From Octopus bimaculoides (lineage: Eukaryota): a DNA stretch of 39,967 nt. The stretch spans positions 33,861,459 to 33,901,425 of the forward strand of contig NC_068992.1 of assembly GCF_001194135.2 (NCBI RefSeq), in the 5' to 3' direction. The notes under the pieces are model-generated. The model was not told where the DNA came from. It ran no database searches and was given only the letters and a program-made list of their open reading frames with translations. This document shows, piece after piece, positions 10,707 to 23,905 of the stretch. The position numbers were made by a program, and so were the translations under genes. Positions within the stretch are counted from its first letter, which is position 1. Each line of letters starts with the position of its first letter.

Positions 10707-12819
10707 GAGAGACCATTGTTTGCTTCCAGCAATGAAATACAGTGTAATATTTTAGAGCTAGTCTTTACTTTGTTGAGAAGGGAGAATAATGTTTGGAGAG
10801 ATAATTTAAAAGACCCATTTCAAAGTATTCTGTGAAAGCAATAGAGATAGTAAAAATTATCAAAAAATTTTAGATTTATCAGGTAAAAGTCTTGAAACCT
10901 TTCTGAACAGAACGCTTTTAAATGCCTTTACAGCTACAAAAGGCAATAAAGATGAAAACCCAACTCCAGGCTTAAATGTATGAAAGCTAAATCTTCTTCT
11001 GTATAGACAATGAGTCTATTTCTAATAATATTGTTATTTATTCTGGTACTTTGTATTGTTTGTTGAAGACAGAAATAAAGTTTTTATTCTTCCAACCTTT
11101 CAAGTAAATAAGCATTTGTTACATTTGATATGGATTTAAACTTATATCCACTCAGTTATATTCTTCAATTAGTTTCAGTTTGCAGACGTGAAATATGATA
11201 TTTATAAGATGAAGATACTTCATCGTGAGAAAAGTGGTGGCTGTGGTGATGTTAGAAGTTATATATTGGAATTAACTCAGGAAGATAATGAGTTACGAAA
11301 AAAGATCCTTCTTTATAATTACTGCAGGATTTAAATGTATAGATAACATTAGCCGCTTTGATAGATGGCATAATTTTGATTAGATGATTACTAAGCAGGA
11401 AAGTTCATAAATACTATCTGGAATTACTTTTTGATTTTACAGAAATGCAGTTAAGATTTTAAGAAAAAGGAAAAAAAAGGAAGAAAGAAATCGAAACAAT
11501 TACTAAAGATTTCATCAATTGAAAAATGCTTTAATGCTTCCTTTTTGCATTAAACTGAATATTAAAAGGGGTTTTCAATTTTCAAATGAAGGTGCAGTAG
11601 TGGAATTATTTCATTGGTGTAATTTATGAAGTGCAAATAGATGTTCTGACCCTTCATGATAGACAATACTATTAAGAAACAAACAGAAATAATAGCTTTT
11701 GTATGTTGTCTAAAATGAATTTTCTGTGGTGTAATTGAATAAGAAAGAATAATTTTTGATGAAATTCTCTTTGATAAAAAGTACACAAACACTGATAGTC
11801 TCATGAAACTAAATACAAAACATATAAATTTTAAAGATATCATAACTTTTTTGTTTTATAACTTTGTAATGAGAAACCCTCTAGTTATGGGAATAATGCC
11901 AAAAGTTAAACTATCACATGAATTTCTTATTTGTTCATTTATTTACTGTCTTTTTTCTAAATATAAAAGAAAATTTTACATTTATCTAAAATATTGGAAA
12001 TAAATAAGAAAAATAAAGAAAACTTATGTTTTTGTTATATTTATTGACTCAATGCTGCAGTTTCAGTTTTAAAAAACAAATATTTGACAGTATTTCATAC
12101 TGAAACTGCCTGTAAAGTTCTTTCTATATCAATTTTTTTCTAATCTATTAAATTACACACCAAGTTTCTCTTAGTTTACAATAAAACTATAATGAATAAA
12201 AGTATAAAATGCTTTTAAGATTTTTGGCATCTGTAAAATAATTTGATGATTTATTATTTTTGTCATATTTAATTGGAGTCATTTCAGTTTACCTGCCAAT
12301 ATTGAAATGTTACTAGAAACCATATTATTGATGTTTTGCTAAAGCAGTTTAGAGCTTAAATGTAATAATTTTTTAGTAAATATCTTATGTTCACAAATGA
12401 CTATATATACATATATATATCACTGTTAGCATAATTGATTGATTTTGTGAATCAGAAAATCCTACACTGTCAGTATTGAATAGCAGTTTCTGCAGTGATA
12501 AAAATGGATGAGTAATAAAAGCCACCTTGGATAGGATTCAACTGTATGGCAGCTCATTTTCTTTGAAAATGTATAAAGCTATTCCAGTTGTCCTCAAACA
12601 CAAAACAGTATAAGCAGTACTTAAAACACTGAGACAACAACAGCTCAATAATTACTCCCTGATTATTTGACAGACTTCATATTCTTATTTAGTGGATAGA
12701 GAAGAAAAGGAAATTCTCATAGTTTTGTAAGCCCTCTTAAAGGCCTATAACATGTTGCTATGCATCATTGCAGTTCCTAACACAAATATCATACAATCTG
12801 CCCTTCACTCTATAATATT

Positions 12820-13170
12820 TCCCTGACCTTTTTACAACCTATTTACCATCTTGTCTGCTAATTACAACTTGATACTAAAGGCTATTGACCACTTCCAGTG
12901 CACCATCCAGGTATTTAAGAAAATCTATTTCTGGTATGCTTATCATATATTCCTGATGTGCTTATTTGTATCAGTGTATCTATCACATATGAAACTTACT
13001 TTCTCTGTGATTCCACTACAACACTTGTGTGCCAATAGCCTACATTGGATACTATGCATGGAGTTTATATCTACTCCATTTCTTCATATTGAGCAAGGCT
13101 GTTCCCTGAAGATACCAGAGCCATATCTTCTTATCTCCTTACTAAAATCTTTGACCTCACATAGTTTACC
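12820..13170 (-). mobile_element. Decayed RTE LINE RT fragment
   Basis: atggagtttatatctactccatttcttcatattgagcaagg (about 13067) matches atggaattcctgcctacacctttcctacatattgagcaggg (17500) in the larger RTE fragment. Confidence 0.6.
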
Positions 13171-13304
13171 TTGCAGATAAATGAACAAATCATAAACACA
13201 ACTAAATCTGCTATATATTTGAAACTAGCATAATAAAATTAAGCAAAGAAAAATGTATAACACAATAGTGATGTCATATACCAACAGAAAGTAACAACTA
13301 TCTA

Positions 13305-14555
13305 TTAGGTTGTCAAGAAAGTTCTTGCGGAATTTTTAATTTTGGTTTTAAATTATGCATTTTCAAATTAATTTTCGTTAAATTACTTTGACTTTATATA
13401 CCATGTTAAAGCCCATTGTTTGCTATATCTTATCATGTTACTCTTTTTCTTTTTGAAAAATTACGCCATTTTTCTGGAATGATGAATACAACACGGACAA
13501 AAAGCAAATTCGCACAATTTTCTTATTCCAGTTCAAGCTAAGCCAAAAAGCTGCTGAAATAGCTTGCGATATCAACGATGTATTTGGCCCAGGAACCACT
13601 AATGAACGTACAGGACAATGGTGGTTCAAGAAATTTTGTAGTGGTGATAAGCATGGTGGTCGGCCATCAAATGTTGACAACAATCAACTAAGAGCCTTAG
13701 TCGAAGCCAATCCATGCACTACTGTTCAAGAGCTTGCTTCTGAATTAGACGTAACACATACGACAATTTCCAACCAGTTGAAAGAGATTGGAAAAGCAAA
13801 AATACTTGAGAAATAGGTGCCACACGAATTGAACGACAACCAAAAAAAAAAAAAACGCTGTTTTGAAGTGTCATCTTCCCTTCTTTTATGCGACAAGAAC
13901 AACCTGTTTCTCAACCGGATTGTGACTTGCAAAGCAAGGTGGATTCTTTACGACAACCGGTGATGCTCAGCTCAGTGGTTGGATGCCGACAAAGCTCCAC
14001 GGCATTTCCCAAAGCCAAAGTTGCACCAAAAGAAGGTCATGGTGACTGTTTGGTGGTCTGCAGCCGGTCTCATCCATCACAGCTTTTTGGATCCAGGTGA
14101 AACTATTACAGCAGAGAGGTACTGTCAGCAAATGGATGAAATGCATAAGAAACTCCGATAACAACAGCCAGCATTGGTCAATAGAAAAGGACCAATTCTT
14201 CTCCATGATAATGCTTGGCCCCACGTCGCGCAATTGATCCTGCAGAAGTTGAACATATTGGGCTACGAAACTCTGCCTCATCTACCATACCTCGCCTACC
14301 AACTACCACTTTTTTCAAGCATCTTGACTTCCTGTGTGAGAAATGCTTCAAAAACCAAGATGATGCCAAACACGACTTCATCGCCACCAGAACGCAAGAT
14401 TTTTTTTATACTGGCATAAATAAACTTGCTTTGCATTGGCAAAAATGTGTTGATTCTAATGGTGCTTATTTCGATTAATAAAGTTTTGTTTGAGCTGAGA
14501 TATATGCATCTGAATTTAAAGGTTAAAAACTACAAGAACTTTCTCGACAACCTAA
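13305..14555 (+). mobile_element. Mariner element, Hsmar1-like (cecropia-type), 1251 bp
   Basis: TIRs TTAGGTTGTCAAGAAAGTTCTTG (13305) and CAAGAACTTTCTCGACAACCTAA (ends 14555); TA at 13303-13304 on the left, AA on the right. Confidence 0.92.
13479..14478 (+). pseudogene. Mariner transposase with stops and frameshifts
   Basis: DKKQIRTIFLFQFK..FGPGTTNERTGQWWFKKFCSGD..*VPHEL..RIVTCKARWILYDNR..PKPKLHQKKVMVTVWWSAAGLIH..NRKGPILLHDNAWPHVAQ..FFKHLD..WQKCVDSNGAYFD*, collinear with Hsmar1 as I recall it. Confidence 0.92.
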
Positions 14556-14559
14556 AAAA

Positions 14560-16750
14560 TTTTTTATCAGTCTGCTTCATCCCAACAGAGAAAATGGAAA
14601 AGCACTCTCTCAGAGGATGGTGAGGGAGATGTACTGGAATAGCCTTTGTGATTCATGAGTCCCACACTTGTGGATAGCCATCTCTGCCCCAATAGCAGTT
14701 CGGGAATGCTGGAGGTCTCCACATGCTCAACCACAAACCTGTCAAAGAGCAGCTGATACTTGGACAGTTTGTCCTTCTCATTCTGATGAGCATCAAAGCC
14801 TGGACTGGCAGCTGAACACACCATGCTACCACTGGACATAGTGTCACAGCATGTGGTATCCCAGATGGAAATGGAAAATTGTCATACCATCAGGCCATGG
14901 ACTGTCCCTCTTGGTCTAGCTTTACTGGCTTCAGCTGGGAAGGGAAGCTTGTGGCATCTGGCCCCATATTTTTATGATCTCATTGAGAACAGCACGATAA
15001 TGGCAACCAGCACTATAATGACATGACAATGGGTGGAAGTCAAAAGAATCCACAGCAGTATTTGTTAGGCATACAAATCAAGAGGCCAAAACTCTGGGAA
15101 ATGCTGATGCACAGTCAACTGCTGTTAAGCTAAGTGCCACTCAAGAGTGATGACACTGCATTGATCCAGGCATGACCATAGGACTGGGAAGTCAAGAAGT
15201 GACAGGCCAGACAGTGCTGGTCAAGTTGATTCACCAACTCATCCGAGATCATGCTGCACTTTTGTTTTAAGGGAGTTAGCTGTCCAGAGAAGGGAGAGGG
15301 GGATGGGTGTCTGTAGGAAAGAAACCAAGTTGGCTCCATGTTACATAGGCTACCTCATGCTCCTCAATTACAGTTGGTTCAGTTGTATTGTGGAGAACCC
15401 TGTTGAGGAAGACACAGAAAAGGGTCACCAAAGAGAGAAATGCCAACAGGACCAGTAAGACCAAAGGCTGAGTCTGCCATATCTGATGGATGAAGTGGCC
15501 TTTTGCCTTGCCTTCCAGTGTCATTAAACCAAACATTGCATATCTTTCAGGCAGCCCATTGGATACAAGCATCGAGATCTGTGAAGAGAGGTGCATGGCT
15601 GTAGCAAGGGGCACTGTGAAGGATATACAATAAGTTCAGCATGAGGAAGCAATTCCTTAACAAGAGGAATGCAAGATGAGCATTGATCACACTCACTCTG
15701 CTTGTCAAAGTTTCAAGTTGGTAAAGCCTGGACTTGAGGGTGGAATAAATGGCAAGGTGGAGGATTGGCAAACTAAGGATCCTAAGAACATTCACTTTCA
15801 AGTTCACCTGCATCTGGTGCAATAATGATTGCTCATCCAAAATGGTGGCCACGAAGCCCTCTGTGCTATACTTGATATTCATGACCACCAACTTAGATGA
15901 GTTAATCTTGAGGCTGATCCTTGTTAGAACAGGAATCACTGGTAAGAGGTTGTAGCAGACACTCTCAACAGGCCTACCTATTGTCATATCATCCAGATAA
16001 TATATGTCAAAAGGAGCCCTGATGTGCTGAGAAATGTTAACTATCCCATGAGTGAAGAGATAGGTGCCCAATGAATCAAAGACAGTATGACTTTATCCAC
16101 AGTAAGGAGCATGCTTGGACACCTGTATGACAGGTAAGCCAGCAGGTAGGCTGATGGAACGCGGCTGTGTAAGGGGTGAAGACTGGGTGTGCAAACAAGT
16201 GGAATGCAGCATGTTTGGACACACTAAGTATGGGTACCTGCCCAAAGGATGAAATGTTAGCTCTGAATAGGGCCAATGTTGACTGGCCACCTTGATTGGC
16301 ATTGTTTTTGGAGAGACTGAAAGTGAGTAGAGCAAAATAGAGAAGTCATTCCCAGTTACTGGGTTGACCAAAGTCCAGAGTCCAGTTGATGATATAAGGG
16401 TGCTAGCCACCAGCCCCCTAGCCACTGTTAGGATCTTAAGGGGGATTTTTCTGAAGCCTCCAAAGCTGGGTGTGCTGACCAGTGAGGGTTGGGCATTAGG
16501 CAGGCATGTTGTTGTCTTGTCTGAAGTGGTGGTGGATGGTCACTGCCACATAGCTGAATGGAAGAGGTAGCTGCTGCATTTCCACATTGATAGTGCATTC
16601 AAGGCCTGTTGTGTCAGGCTGGTGCAAAAAAGATGATGGAAACATCCACACAGTTCCTGCTTCACTTCCACCTATTGGTAGTGGCACAAGCACTGCAGGT
16701 AGACCCTGCAGGGATGTGGAGTGCTACAATCAGAAACTGGGAGTTGTCAT
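14560..16750 (-). mobile_element. Decayed CRE-clade-like non-LTR retrotransposon (RT plus C-terminal RLE)
   Basis: Minus-strand motifs in the expected order, across frameshifts: MPIKVAS (~RPIAVG), TGVQ..DSLGTYLF, YYLDDMTIG, LAFLLLRNCFLMLNLLYILHSAPC, LLAFLS, GHAWINAVSS..GT, ICMPNKYCCG, LNEII, WPDGMTIF, IWDTTCCDT, EKDKLSKY, VET, RLFQYISLTI. Visibly more GC-rich than its flanks; 5' boundary approximate. Confidence 0.72.
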
Positions 16751-17059
16751 GCTTTTGGATGTCAAGATACTGATTAGCATGAGTAGGGATTGGAATAGAA
16801 AATGAGTAGGGATTAGAGTTGTAATACTGATGTGCTAATAGCTGCTGGATTGAAGAAGCTATGGATTTGAGTTGTATACACATTTGAGTAAAATGTAGGG
16901 AAAAATAAAAAAAGAAACTAATTTAAATGTGCAAAAATAAATAAATCTGGGTTCAATCAACAACCTGATAGCCTTACTCCTTTTTCCCCCCTTTCTTCCC
17001 TACCCCTTAGTTAATTAAAGTATATAATCTGTTTATCTACAAATGTAGTTTATATCTAT

Positions 17060-18720
17060 ACACACACACATTTATATCAGGTCATTAAGAATGAAATATT
17101 CGATTTTCATATGCATATCTTAGGCATTTAGGGTCCATGCCTCACTATGTGTAGCATTGCTGTTCATACACAAGCATCACACATTCTTCCTTTTACTCAG
17201 AGAAAGACCTTTGGTCACCAACAAAGGTAAAAGCTCTCTGAATTTTCTCCATCCTATTCTTATTCTAGCAATTACACTTTCAAAACATTTTACACCACTG
17301 CTAATTATGTCACCTAGGTAACAGCTATTATCTACTACCCCTAGAGAGCCTGTGGGGCATTTGAGAAAACCAATTTCCCATGTATCTATTGAGTTAATGG
17401 CTCCCGTGCCTCTTCCACACATAAGCACTACTTTCTCTGTTAACTTTCCAGTAATTCCACTGCACCTTGTGTATCCATAGCTTTCACTGGGTAAACTGAA
17501 TGGAATTCCTGCCTACACCTTTCCTACATATTGAGCAGGGCCATTTACCTGAAGGGTGTAGGGTCCTGTCTGTTTTCTTGCTTACTAGAATCTTAGTTTT
17601 TGTTCAATTAACTTTAAGGCCCTTTGATTCCAGGTTTTGCTTCCACACCTGGAATTGCTTTTCTAGTTCTATTACAGATTCTGCAATGAAGGCAAGATTA
17701 TCAGCCAGCAGTAGTTCCCATGAGCAGCTGGTCTTAAATTACTCTGTTATGGCCTGGAAGATGATGATGAATAGGAGGGGGCTTGGGGGACACCTACCTG
17801 TACCTACAAAGCCTTGGGGAGAACTTATCTGTACACTAAATTCATCACTGTACTCATGGCTAACTCTTACCTTACAGACAGCACCCCTGTACATGTTCTG
17901 TATTACTTTTACATGCCATTCGTCTATTTCTAGATTCTTCAGAGGCCACCATATCACACAGTATGAGGTATTCTGTCAAAGGTTTTGTCCAGGTCAACAA
18001 ATGAAAAATACAATGGTTTGTTCTTAGCTAAATACTTTTCTTGTAGTTGCCTGACTATGAAGATAGCATCAGTAGTGCTTCTCCAAGCACAACACCACAC
18101 TGCATTTCATTTAATCTAATTCTACTCCTAATTAATTGGGCTATAACTCTCTCTGTACTTTCATTGCTTGGTTTATAAACTTGATGCTTCTGTAATTACT
18201 TCTTTCTAAGGCACCTGCCTTACCCTTGTAGCAGCTGAATATAAAGCTTCTATACCAGTCATTGGGGATGACACCTCCCTGAATAACCTGATTAGTTGTA
18301 CAGATGACTAGACCTTGTCTTCATCTACCAGATATTTTAAACCTCTCAGTAGTAATTCCTGATAGACCAGAGGCTTTCCTTGTTTTCATATGTTTAATTG
18401 CCTTTTCTATCATACTGGTCTCAATAGCTGGTCCCTCTGCTAGATTCACAAAGGGGATACCTCCTTTCTCCCATTCATTCTCCCCATTTAATAGCTTTTC
18501 ATTGTAGCACTTCAACACCTCTTTCTTCTCAGAGTCACTGAGTGGAAGTATACCATTATTCATTTGTATACACTTCTCTCCTGTAACATTTTGATTCTCT
18601 CTGATACATTGTCTCTCAAGTTTCTGTCTTCACACTGTGAGACACTGGTAAACCTCTTCCTTGCTGCTTCTGCCCTTTCTAGATAAACCAAATGTGTGTA
18701 AACATTTGGGCTACATCATT
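17060..18720 (-). mobile_element. RTE-clade (BovB-like) LINE RT fragment, decayed
   Basis: EKLLNGENEWEKG..EGPAIETSMIEKAIKHMKTRKASGLSGIT; IWWPLKNLEIDEWHVKVIQNMY..VRVSHEYSDEFSVQ..SPLLFIIIFQAITE; YLGDIISSG..ARIRIGWRKFRELLPLL; RVKGRMCDACV. Confidence 0.9.
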
Positions 18721-19489
18721 TCCACGTATATCTATATGTATGTGTGTCTTACAATAATTTGATTTCCACATATCTCTTATATTTTTGCATATCTTAAATA
18801 GGTTTATTGACCCTTTGATTTAGCAAGCACAAATACAAAAGAAAATACATGAACTGATATTTAGAAAATAGTATTATTGATGCAGAGTTAGAAATGCCAT
18901 CAAGAATTTTGCTTCACAATCATTTGTTGTGAGTTCTGTCAGAGATCCTGGGATGCTATGCTAGTATCTACAACTGTAGAATCTGGTCGGCATTTATGTT
19001 GTGAGCAGAATTCTGCATACCAAAGTTACATAGAAATTCATTGCATATATTTATGCATGTGAATGTGTTTGTATTTATGTCAATGCTTACATTTATGTTT
19101 ACTAGTGTAAAACATTGTTATGCAACTTTATGGCAACAGTTACTCAGCTGTGCTATGTGGATTGTTAAACTGTGTATCAGGCTGAAATAATTTCTTAGGT
19201 TAATCTGATAATCTGATTTACTGAACATTCTTGGATGTAGTCCCCCAGTATAGTAACAATCCAGTGACTGAAATCAGTGAAAGAATAAAAGAATTATAGC
19301 TTCCTCCTCTGTTCCAGCAATAAAAATTTTTATTGGACAGTATAGTACTTCGTAGATATATAATACTTCACAAATGAAAGAATCTGCTCCCAAAACTTAG
19401 ATCACTTAAAAAACTTTTAGCTGTGTTAATGAAAGAGATTTCAACCACAACTAAGAACTCTGCCAATATGGGTGAGTGGTGTGAGAGGT

Positions 19490-19620
19490 AAAGCTGAGTG
19501 GGTAAGATGTTTACTTTACAATGGCTTAATCTCATTGTAGCTCATTGGGCAATCTCTATCATTGTAGCCTTGTGAGTAGTTGACAGGAACTCCATGTGTG
19601 TGTGCATTTGTGTATGTTAG
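19490..19620 (+). mobile_element. Decayed SINE family A head
   Basis: gtaagatgtttactt..ttgggcaa..agccttgtgagtag followed by (GT)n. Confidence 0.4.
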
Positions 19621-22600
19621 TCTTGGAGTGACTTTGCATCGACACAAACAAAATCACCAACATGCAACAATGGTTCAATGTGAGACAATATGCATTTGGT
19701 GAGAGGGAGGGTATGCAGATGCAAAATATTATTTCAAGTAATCTCATCTGACTCATGCCAGTATGGAAAAAGCAGATATAAATGCAACATGGAGAATGAT
19801 AAACGTCTTCTATCAGTATCAAACAGAGTGCCACAGGTAATAAATGACCTCATTGCTGCCACCAAAACTACATCAATTACAAAGTATAGGCAATTCTATG
19901 CAAAAAAAGTCAGAAATTATTTATAGTGCAATCTTGTAGAGTTGGAAATTATACATGGACTATTATAATTTCTTCAGTTGTACATATTTTAAACATCATA
20001 GATTACAATTTTTCAATATGAGTACTCTTTCTCACTTCTAATAATAATGAAAGTGGTAGTTTTTTATTTATTTTATTCTAGATTTTTCCTTCCATGTCTA
20101 GGATTCTCATGTCCCCATTAGGTGCAATTCAGTGGTTAATTGAGCCATTTCAATGTGTATCATCTTCTACACAGCTTGCTAATACACAAGTTGGTCTAGT
20201 TCATCTTCATTGAGAACCTGACTATTTTTGGAATGTAACTTTTCCAATGGCAACATTTCAAAATGCAATGGACGCTTGATTTTTAGATTCCTATCTCATG
20301 ACTTGCTTGCTGCACAAATTGTCTTGAACTCTAGCAATATGTTTATTGTACCCTTCCTTGCTTTATGGGGCTCATCGATGTCTCCAGTCTTTTGGAATGT
20401 TTCTTATGGACATTCTAAAAGATGCATCTGCTTCAAACATATCTCTACATTGAGTGAAATTAAGCTGCATAGGTGGAACTGTTTGAAATTCCTTCTTTAC
20501 CTTTCTTTGCACTTCGCATTTACAAATTTCTTGTAGCACTAGAACAATCTCATAATCCTGTAGTTGCAAACTCGGCTGTCAGAAAAGTATTATAGAATGT
20601 AGCAGTATTTTAGAAACATAGAAATATCACTGACATTTAATACTTTACTGATATTATTCTACCACATGTGATTTATTCTTACACCATCTGTTGGTAAACT
20701 CTTATTTAATTTAGAGGTTGATTATAAAGATATTTCTTCTATCCATATTTGGTTGTCATACGCAGTATGTTCCAAAATTAAAGCTACATCTCCTCAATAT
20801 GACAAGCTGTTGCTTGTTATTTCACAGAAGTTTAAAGAAGAAAATACATGAATAAATAATTTTGTGTGCATTCAATATTATTCCTTCTTGTTTTTTTTAA
20901 ATGTATTTGCAACAATGAAAAACGTGAGTATATAAGTTTCATCATATGGTGAGGTTCACAGGTTCACAGACATCTGAAGATAATACACACTTCTTTGATT
21001 AAAGATGGCTAGCTTCAATTGATCACATATAAAAATTTACAACCATTAAATTGATTCTGAGAGTAGCTACTGGCATTCTAATGTAATTGCTACTAATTTT
21101 GGTCACCAGGTGGTGATGCAAACATTGAACTACTTGACAAAGATCGTTGACCATATTTAATTTGATACACTAAGGTTTTTTATTTCAAATACCATCAGGA
21201 ATTAATAAGTATCAAGTGAGGCCAGATATTTTGACTTAACTTACTTTTACTCTTCAGGAAGCAAGATATTTTTCATAAGATAGAAATCAATAACTATATT
21301 AGAATTAAATGTTACTATAACACTGATGAAGTCAAAAAACAACAATGATGAAGAAGGAAAAGGTATAGCATCCTTAGAATACTGTGATCCAAATATTGAT
21401 AAGTCATTTTCTTTTTGTTATTTATTTCCTAGTAAATTTATTGCATATTCTGCTCACCAATGTTTTTGGCTAAACCTCAAAAACAAAACTTTTTCATATG
21501 CTTCCACATGGAAAAATAATAATGCAAATTCATCAGGTTTATCATATGCAATAAGATGCATCATTGGATATAGTGAATTATTGCAGTTATCAGTAAAATG
21601 ATATTTTATTTATAAAGTGACTTCACAGAGAAATAACAAATAACTATGGAACTAGAACCTAAATACTAATGAATTATTATGGTTAATAACTTCATCTTTT
21701 ATGCCAAAGTGTATACAGCTGTTAGTCATCAATTGTGTCTGTTTAATTATGGTTTTGGATTCAGCTCATTTACAGAAACTAAAATATATCAAATAAGTTA
21801 AAACTTGATAGATGCAAAAATAATAAAAATATTTTGTTCTGTTGTTATTCTATATCCTTAATGGATGCTACAGAAATATATGAAGCAGAATATCCACAGT
21901 CGATGGGAGGGACAGTTTTTCTCTAAATAAATCATGAAAACAATCTAACATAGACACTTCATATTTTTTAAACATTACTTCTTTATCCCCTAAAATGCAA
22001 TCAATCAATTTAACTGTAGCTATATTGCTTTTTATTTTGGTTCCATATTTCATATTAATTTACACAACCAGATGCTCTTAGTCTTTTACTGATCGTTCCC
22101 TCTTAGAATAAACCTTGAGCTATGACTTCAACTGATTGAGCTCTTTTTCAATAAACTCTATGTCATGAAAAAACAGAGTTTTTAGAGTTGATTCAGTGAA
22201 TAATATTTATAATTAATATAAATGTTATTCAGCTAAGTAAACTTACACCATGAGTCTACATGCGAAGCAGTATTACTGAAGAAATACCACATATAGGATG
22301 GATGCTCAACATTTTCAAGTGAAACAAAAATAGACAATGATGATGCTTTGTTTATCATCACATTAACCATTTCTCTCCTTAGTTTAGAGAATTATTTATT
22401 AAAACTCTTCTGTTGGTTAAAATAATAAACTGTCAAGTTCCTTTGATACATTTCTGTCATATATTCATGTCTGCATATTCATTGTTTTTTAGTAAATTCT
22501 ATGGAACTAAGAACAAAATATGACTGCTTAACAAATAAAGGCTATAAGGAAAAATATGCAACTTTTTTAACTATACTGCTTACCTCTTATTTTAATTTAT

Positions 22601-23439
22601 AAAAAAATAATGAATTATCATTTTCATGTACCAACATATTTCTGTGCCCTATTTCTTAGAAACCATCTTAAGAATTCTTCACTTTTAAAAGTTGAATAAC
22701 AAACTGCAATGTAAAGGAAGTTCTAATGTTTACCTTTCAAATCAACAAGCAATTAAAGATTATAAACTAAATTCATTAGCTTGGTTTACCATAATAAAAG
22801 TAATTATAAAATAGAAAGGATTTTTTAAGACATTTCATTACCCACAAACAGACTACGTACAAACAAAAACAGACAGAAACTTCTGGTCTAATGAAAATGT
22901 ATAAAAATGCTACCAATAGTAATAAACTCAACAAAAAGTATCACTAGACACAGAGAAAATAACAATTAGAGTTACCATTTTCATAATATAACATATTCAA
23001 TGAAGCATCTCAGATTAAATTACTAGAATCAACAAGCAGGATATTGGGATGGAGAATTGGAGAATTATGTAATAAGATTACTAAAATTATTCTGTATCAG
23101 AGTAATGATTCAACACATAATCTGAAGCTCGAAGGCAACATGATATTTGCACCTCAATCCAAACCTAAGATCCATGCTCTATAATCCAATATTATATTTA
23201 CTTTAAATTGTACATTTATAATGCAAATAACTTCCTCTGACAAGTCTGAAGGGTGATTTTCCTGGAAAAAGAGATAATTGAGTTAAACTGCTGACTGATT
23301 TCTAGTTTTCTATTTCATCACTATTTTACCTTATTAACAGAAGTGGGATGGTTTCTATTCCAACAAAATAATTTTATGGTTGACTGCCTTGTTTAATTCA
23401 AATGCTGACCACTCAACTATGAAATGGGAGTGAAACATT

Positions 23440-23484
<45 letters not shown>

Positions 23485-23700
23485 TTGTATCTATCTATGT
23501 ATGTATAATTATGTATGTATAGACATAGATATAAATATAAATATATATATATATAAATATATATATTGTTGTACTTGGGGATGGTCATATTGCCAGTTTA
23601 GCCAATAAAAACACATGCACTGTATATTTGGTGTTAATTTTTTTTTTTTTTTTTTTTTTTCAGCTTTATATTACATTAATCTTAATCTTAATCTTATTTC

Positions 23701-23745
23701 GGCCAGAGTTCTTTCGTCACACTTCTGTGACCTCATCAGTGGTCC
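23701..23745 (-). ncRNA. Minimal type I hammerhead ribozyme motif (left-arm copy)
   Basis: Exact reverse complement of 23861-23905. Confidence 0.72.
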
Positions 23746-23860
23746 TTTGTTTCCTTCTTTCTTATGTGTGTCTCACCTTGCTAACTATCAGCCATTTTAC
23801 AAAATACAAAATGGCTGATAGTTAGCAAGGTGAGACACACATAAGAAAGAAGGAAACAAA

Positions 23861-23905
23861 GGACCACTGATGAGGTCACAGAAGTGTGACGAAAGAACTC
23901 TGGCC
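23861..23905 (+). ncRNA. Minimal type I hammerhead ribozyme motif (right-arm copy)
   Basis: GGACCA-CUGAUGA(23867-73)-G-GUCACA/GAAG/UGUGAC (6-bp stem II)-GAAA(23891-94)-GAAC-UC(23899-900)-UGGCC. Stem I is CCA/UGG plus GG/CC; stem III has 2 bp; predicted cleavage after CUC at 23900. Confidence 0.72.

Noticed and set aside
21860-22180. Protein-like minus-strand frame with few stops (also 11650-11950 +, 20100-20590 -, 22980-23180 +, 31000-31650 +) as a decayed host gene
   Set aside because: No recognisable motifs; in AT-rich DNA dozens of open stretches of 60 or more codons are expected by chance in 40 kb. tBLASTx against a related genome would decide.
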